From Candidatus Sysuimicrobiota bacterium (GTDB lineage: Bacteria; Sysuimicrobiota; Sysuimicrobiia; Sysuimicrobiales; Sysuimicrobiaceae), in the NCBI GenBank assembly GCA_040289515.1, contig PSLI01000003.1, forward strand, positions 10,459-74,458: 64,000 bases of DNA. The letters are read 5' to 3'. The notes below the pieces were generated by a model that saw nothing but the letters and a program-made list of their open reading frames with translations, was not told where the DNA came from and ran no database searches. Made by a program: the position numbers and the translations under genes. Below are positions 61,734 to 64,000 of the stretch, piece by piece (the stretch's first letter is position 1; each line of letters starts with the position of its first letter).

Positions 61734-62630
61734 GTGCTGATCGCGACACAGGTGGAGGCGTTCCTGGAGGAGGTCGGGCGCCGGGTGGAGACGGCCCTGG
61801 ACCGGTTGCTGCCGCCTGTAGACCAGGAACCCAGGATCCTGCACGAGGCCATCCGGTATACGGTGTTCGCGGGCGGGAAGCGGTTCCGTCCCGCCCTGGT
61901 CCTGGCTTCTGCGGAAGCGTGCAGTCTGGAACCCGAAGTGGCCCTGCCCGTGGCCTGCGCGGTGGAAGCGGTGCACACCTACTCCTTGATCCACGACGAC
62001 CTGCCAAGCATGGACAACGCGGACTGGCGCAGGGGCCGTCCCACCTGCCACGTGCGGTACGGGGAGGCCATCGCGGTGCTGGCAGGCGACGCCCTGCACG
62101 ACCTGGCCTTCGAGTGGGCGGCAGGCGCCGCGGACCGCCTGAGGGCTCCCGAGCGTGTCCTACGGGTGATCCAGGATCTGGCGGGGGCCCTGGGCACGCA
62201 GGGGATGGTGGGCGGGCAGGTGCTGGACCTGCTGGCGGAGCGCGGGGGAATTCCCGCGCACTGGGTGCCGGAGATCCACCGCAGGAAGACGGGGTGTCTG
62301 ATCCGTGCCTGCGCGCGGGTGGGGCCTCTGCTCAGCGGGCGGGAGGAGGATTTGAGTTGCCTCAGCGCGTACGGGGAGCACCTCGGGCTGGCGTTCCAGA
62401 TTATGGACGACGTCCTGGACGTGGTGGGCGACACCAGCAAACTGGGCAAGCCCACGGGCACAGACCAGGCGTCCTCGAAGGCCACATACCCGAGGGTGTT
62501 CGGCCTGGAGGCCTCCCGCCGGATGGCGCAGGAGGAGGTTTCGGCCGCGGTGGCGGCCCTGCGCCCGCTCGGGCCAAGGGGGGAGCTGTTGGCCGGCCTG
62601 GCCTGTTTCGTGGTGGAGCGGGAGCGGTAG
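61734..62630 (+). CDS. ispA: Polyprenyl diphosphate synthase (farnesyl/geranylgeranyl diphosphate synthase, IspA-like)
   Basis: First DDxxD ...LIHDDLPSMDNADWRRG... and second ...FQIMDDVLD... aspartate-rich motifs; nusB...ispA-tlyA-nadK synteny as in Firmicutes. Confidence 0.88.
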   Translation: MLIATQVEAFLEEVGRRVETALDRLLPPVDQEPRILHEAIRYTVFAGGKRFRPALVLASAEACSLEPEVALPVACAVEAVHTYSLIHDDLPSMDNADWRRGRPTCHVRYGEAIAVLAGDALHDLAFEWAAGAADRLRAPERVLRVIQDLAGALGTQGMVGGQVLDLLAERGGIPAHWVPEIHRRKTGCLIRACARVGPLLSGREEDLSCLSAYGEHLGLAFQIMDDVLDVVGDTSKLGKPTGTDQASSKATYPRVFGLEASRRMAQEEVSAAVAALRPLGPRGELLAGLACFVVERER

Positions 62631-63476
62631 GTGCGGGTAGCGCTGCAGAGGTCCAGGGCGAAAAGCGGGCCGGAAGCTGCGCGCAAGCGGTTGGACGCGC
62701 TGCTGGTGGAACGGGGGCTGGTGCCCAGCCGGGAGCGGGCTGAGGCGGTTATTCTGGCAAGGCTCGTGCGGGTAGACGGCCAGCGGGTGGACAAGCCCGG
62801 TACCCGAGTGCGGGAGGACGCCCTGGTGGAGCTTTTAGGTCCCCCGCACCCGTACGTGAGCCGGGGGGGTCTGAAGCTGGAAACCGCCCTGCGCCGGTTC
62901 GGCCTGGACGTGCGGGGGGCGGTGGCCCTGGACCTGGGAGCCGGCACGGGCGGGTTCACCGACTGTCTGCTGCAGCACGGCGCGCGGAAGGTGTACGCGG
63001 TGGACGTGGGACGGGGCCAGCTGCACCACAAGCTGCGGTGTGATCCCAGGGTGGTGGTGTTGGAGCGCACCCACGCACGGGATCTGGACCGCAGTCTGGT
63101 CCCCGAACCGTTGGACTTCGCGTGTGCGGACGTGTCGTTCATCTCCTTGCTGCGTGCCCTTCCGCCCGTGGTCCCCCTCCTGAAGGACGGGGCGCCGGTG
63201 GTGGCGTTGGTGAAGCCGCCGTTCGAAGCGGGGCGGGGCGTGGCTCGGCGCGGGGTCGTCCGGGACCCCGAGGTGCACCGGGAAGTCGTACAGAAGGTAG
63301 CCTGGGGGCTGGAAGCGCACGCGCTGGGAGCGCAGGCGGTCGTGCCCTCTCCCATCCGCGGGGACCGCGGCAACGTGGAGTTCCTCCTGCTGTTGCGCAA
63401 AGGCGTTCCCCGGAGTCTGGACGAGCGCGGTGTGGAATCTGCGGTGGCGGAGGCCCACGGGGCGGGGAGGGGCTAG
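62631..63476 (+). CDS. tlyA: TlyA-family rRNA 2'-O-methyltransferase (hemolysin A homolog)
   Basis: S4 domain ...RLDALLVERGLVPSRERAEAVILARLVRVDGQRVDKPGTRV... then FtsJ-like MTase ...VSRGGLKLETALRRFGLDVRGAVALDLGAGTGGFTDCLLQHGARKVYAVDVG... Confidence 0.88.
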   Translation: MRVALQRSRAKSGPEAARKRLDALLVERGLVPSRERAEAVILARLVRVDGQRVDKPGTRVREDALVELLGPPHPYVSRGGLKLETALRRFGLDVRGAVALDLGAGTGGFTDCLLQHGARKVYAVDVGRGQLHHKLRCDPRVVVLERTHARDLDRSLVPEPLDFACADVSFISLLRALPPVVPLLKDGAPVVALVKPPFEAGRGVARRGVVRDPEVHREVVQKVAWGLEAHALGAQAVVPSPIRGDRGNVEFLLLLRKGVPRSLDERGVESAVAEAHGAGRG

Positions 63477-63479
63477 CGG

Positions 63480-64000
63480 ATGCGGGCCGTGGGCGTTGTG
63501 GTGAACCCCGAAAAGGTGCAGCAGGACCCGGGGGTGGCCGTGCGGGTGCGCGAGGCGGCGGCGCAGCTGGCCGGGCACGGCCTCGGGGTGCGCCTGAACA
63601 GCGAAGGGGCGCGGGCGGTGGGACTGGAGGAGCTCGCCACCAGCGATGCGGAGCTGTCAGAAGTGTCCGACGCCCTCGTGGTGGTGGGAGGCGATGGGAC
63701 CATCCTGCGGGCAGCACGCACCGGCGCAGTTCGCGGGGTGCCGGTGCTGGGCGTGAACGTGGGCGGGTTCGGGTTTCTGGCGGAGGTAGGGCTGGAGGGG
63801 CTGCCGGAGGCCCTGGAGCGGCTGGTGAGCGGACGCTACGGGGTGGAAGAACGCATGATGCTGGCCGCGGAGGTGGTGCGGGAAGGGCACACCGCGGAGC
63901 GGTTTTTGGCCCTCAACGACATGGTGATCACCAAAAGCGGCTATGCGCGCCTGATGCCCCTCCGCACCACCGTGAACGGCGAGCACCTGGCCACGTACTT
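63480..64000 (+). CDS. nadK: NAD+ kinase (5' portion; runs off window end)
   Basis: MRAVGVVVNPEK...ALVVVGGDGTILRAAR...VLGVNVGGFGFLAEV... GGDGT and NxGxxGFL motifs. Confidence 0.88.
   Translation, partial: MRAVGVVVNPEKVQQDPGVAVRVREAAAQLAGHGLGVRLNSEGARAVGLEELATSDAELSEVSDALVVVGGDGTILRAARTGAVRGVPVLGVNVGGFGFLAEVGLEGLPEALERLVSGRYGVEERMMLAAEVVREGHTAERFLALNDMVITKSGYARLMPLRTTVNGEHLATY

Overview
The window reads as a high-GC (about 68-70%) bacterial chromosome segment, dominated by conserved core genes.

Gene order through the window:
- A partial phosphofructokinase on the minus strand.
- rimP-nusA-ylxR-infB-DUF503-rbfA-nrnA-truB-ribF-rpsO-pnp, then an M16 peptidase, dapB and asd.
- A small accessory island: a ZAS-like protein, an XRE-family regulator, a type IV pilin, two paralogous PMT/ArnT-like GT-C glycosyltransferases flanking a PIG-V-like mannosyltransferase, and a decayed Phd/YefM antitoxin.
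- A ugpBAEC-like ABC transporter, an aldehyde dehydrogenase 3' remnant, a GDPD (ugpQ-like) gene, a BtuF-like binding protein and a secreted hypothetical protein.
- secE-nusG-rplKAJL-rpoBC.
- A cytochrome c oxidase cluster (ctaCD, a short coxIII paralog, ctaE, ctaF on the minus strand; a convergent ctaG-like gene) lying between rpoC and the str operon.
- ybxF(L7Ae)-rpsL-rpsG-fusA-tuf-rpmG, an MFS transporter, tRNA-Trp (minus), a ZIP transporter and proline dehydrogenase.
- A seven-gene comG/type IV pilus-like operon (ATPase, platform protein, pilin, three minor pilins and one very large prepilin protein).
- nusB-acyP-ispA-tlyA-nadK (partial).

The gene order is Bacillus/Clostridia-like, which suggests a high-GC thermophilic Firmicute-type genome; this is inference only.

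Because GC is so high, many of the long ORFs in the six-frame track are alternative-frame artefacts, so real genes were chosen by protein-family recognisability.

Most noteworthy observations:
1. A pilin gene driven by a near-consensus sigma-54 promoter and immediately followed by three lipid-carrier-dependent GT-C/PIG-V-type glycosyltransferases, a candidate pilin O-glycosylation module.
2. A tuf gene whose codon usage differs sharply from all its neighbours and which fuses the str operon to rpmG, suggesting recombination between tuf paralogs or xenologous replacement.
3. A cox cluster splitting the normally contiguous rpoBC-str region, with an 85-residue insertion in subunit III.
4. A 31-bp tandem copy of the proDH translation-initiation region that creates a 10-codon uORF.
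5. A promoter followed by two terminator-like hairpins in the rimP-nusA leader.
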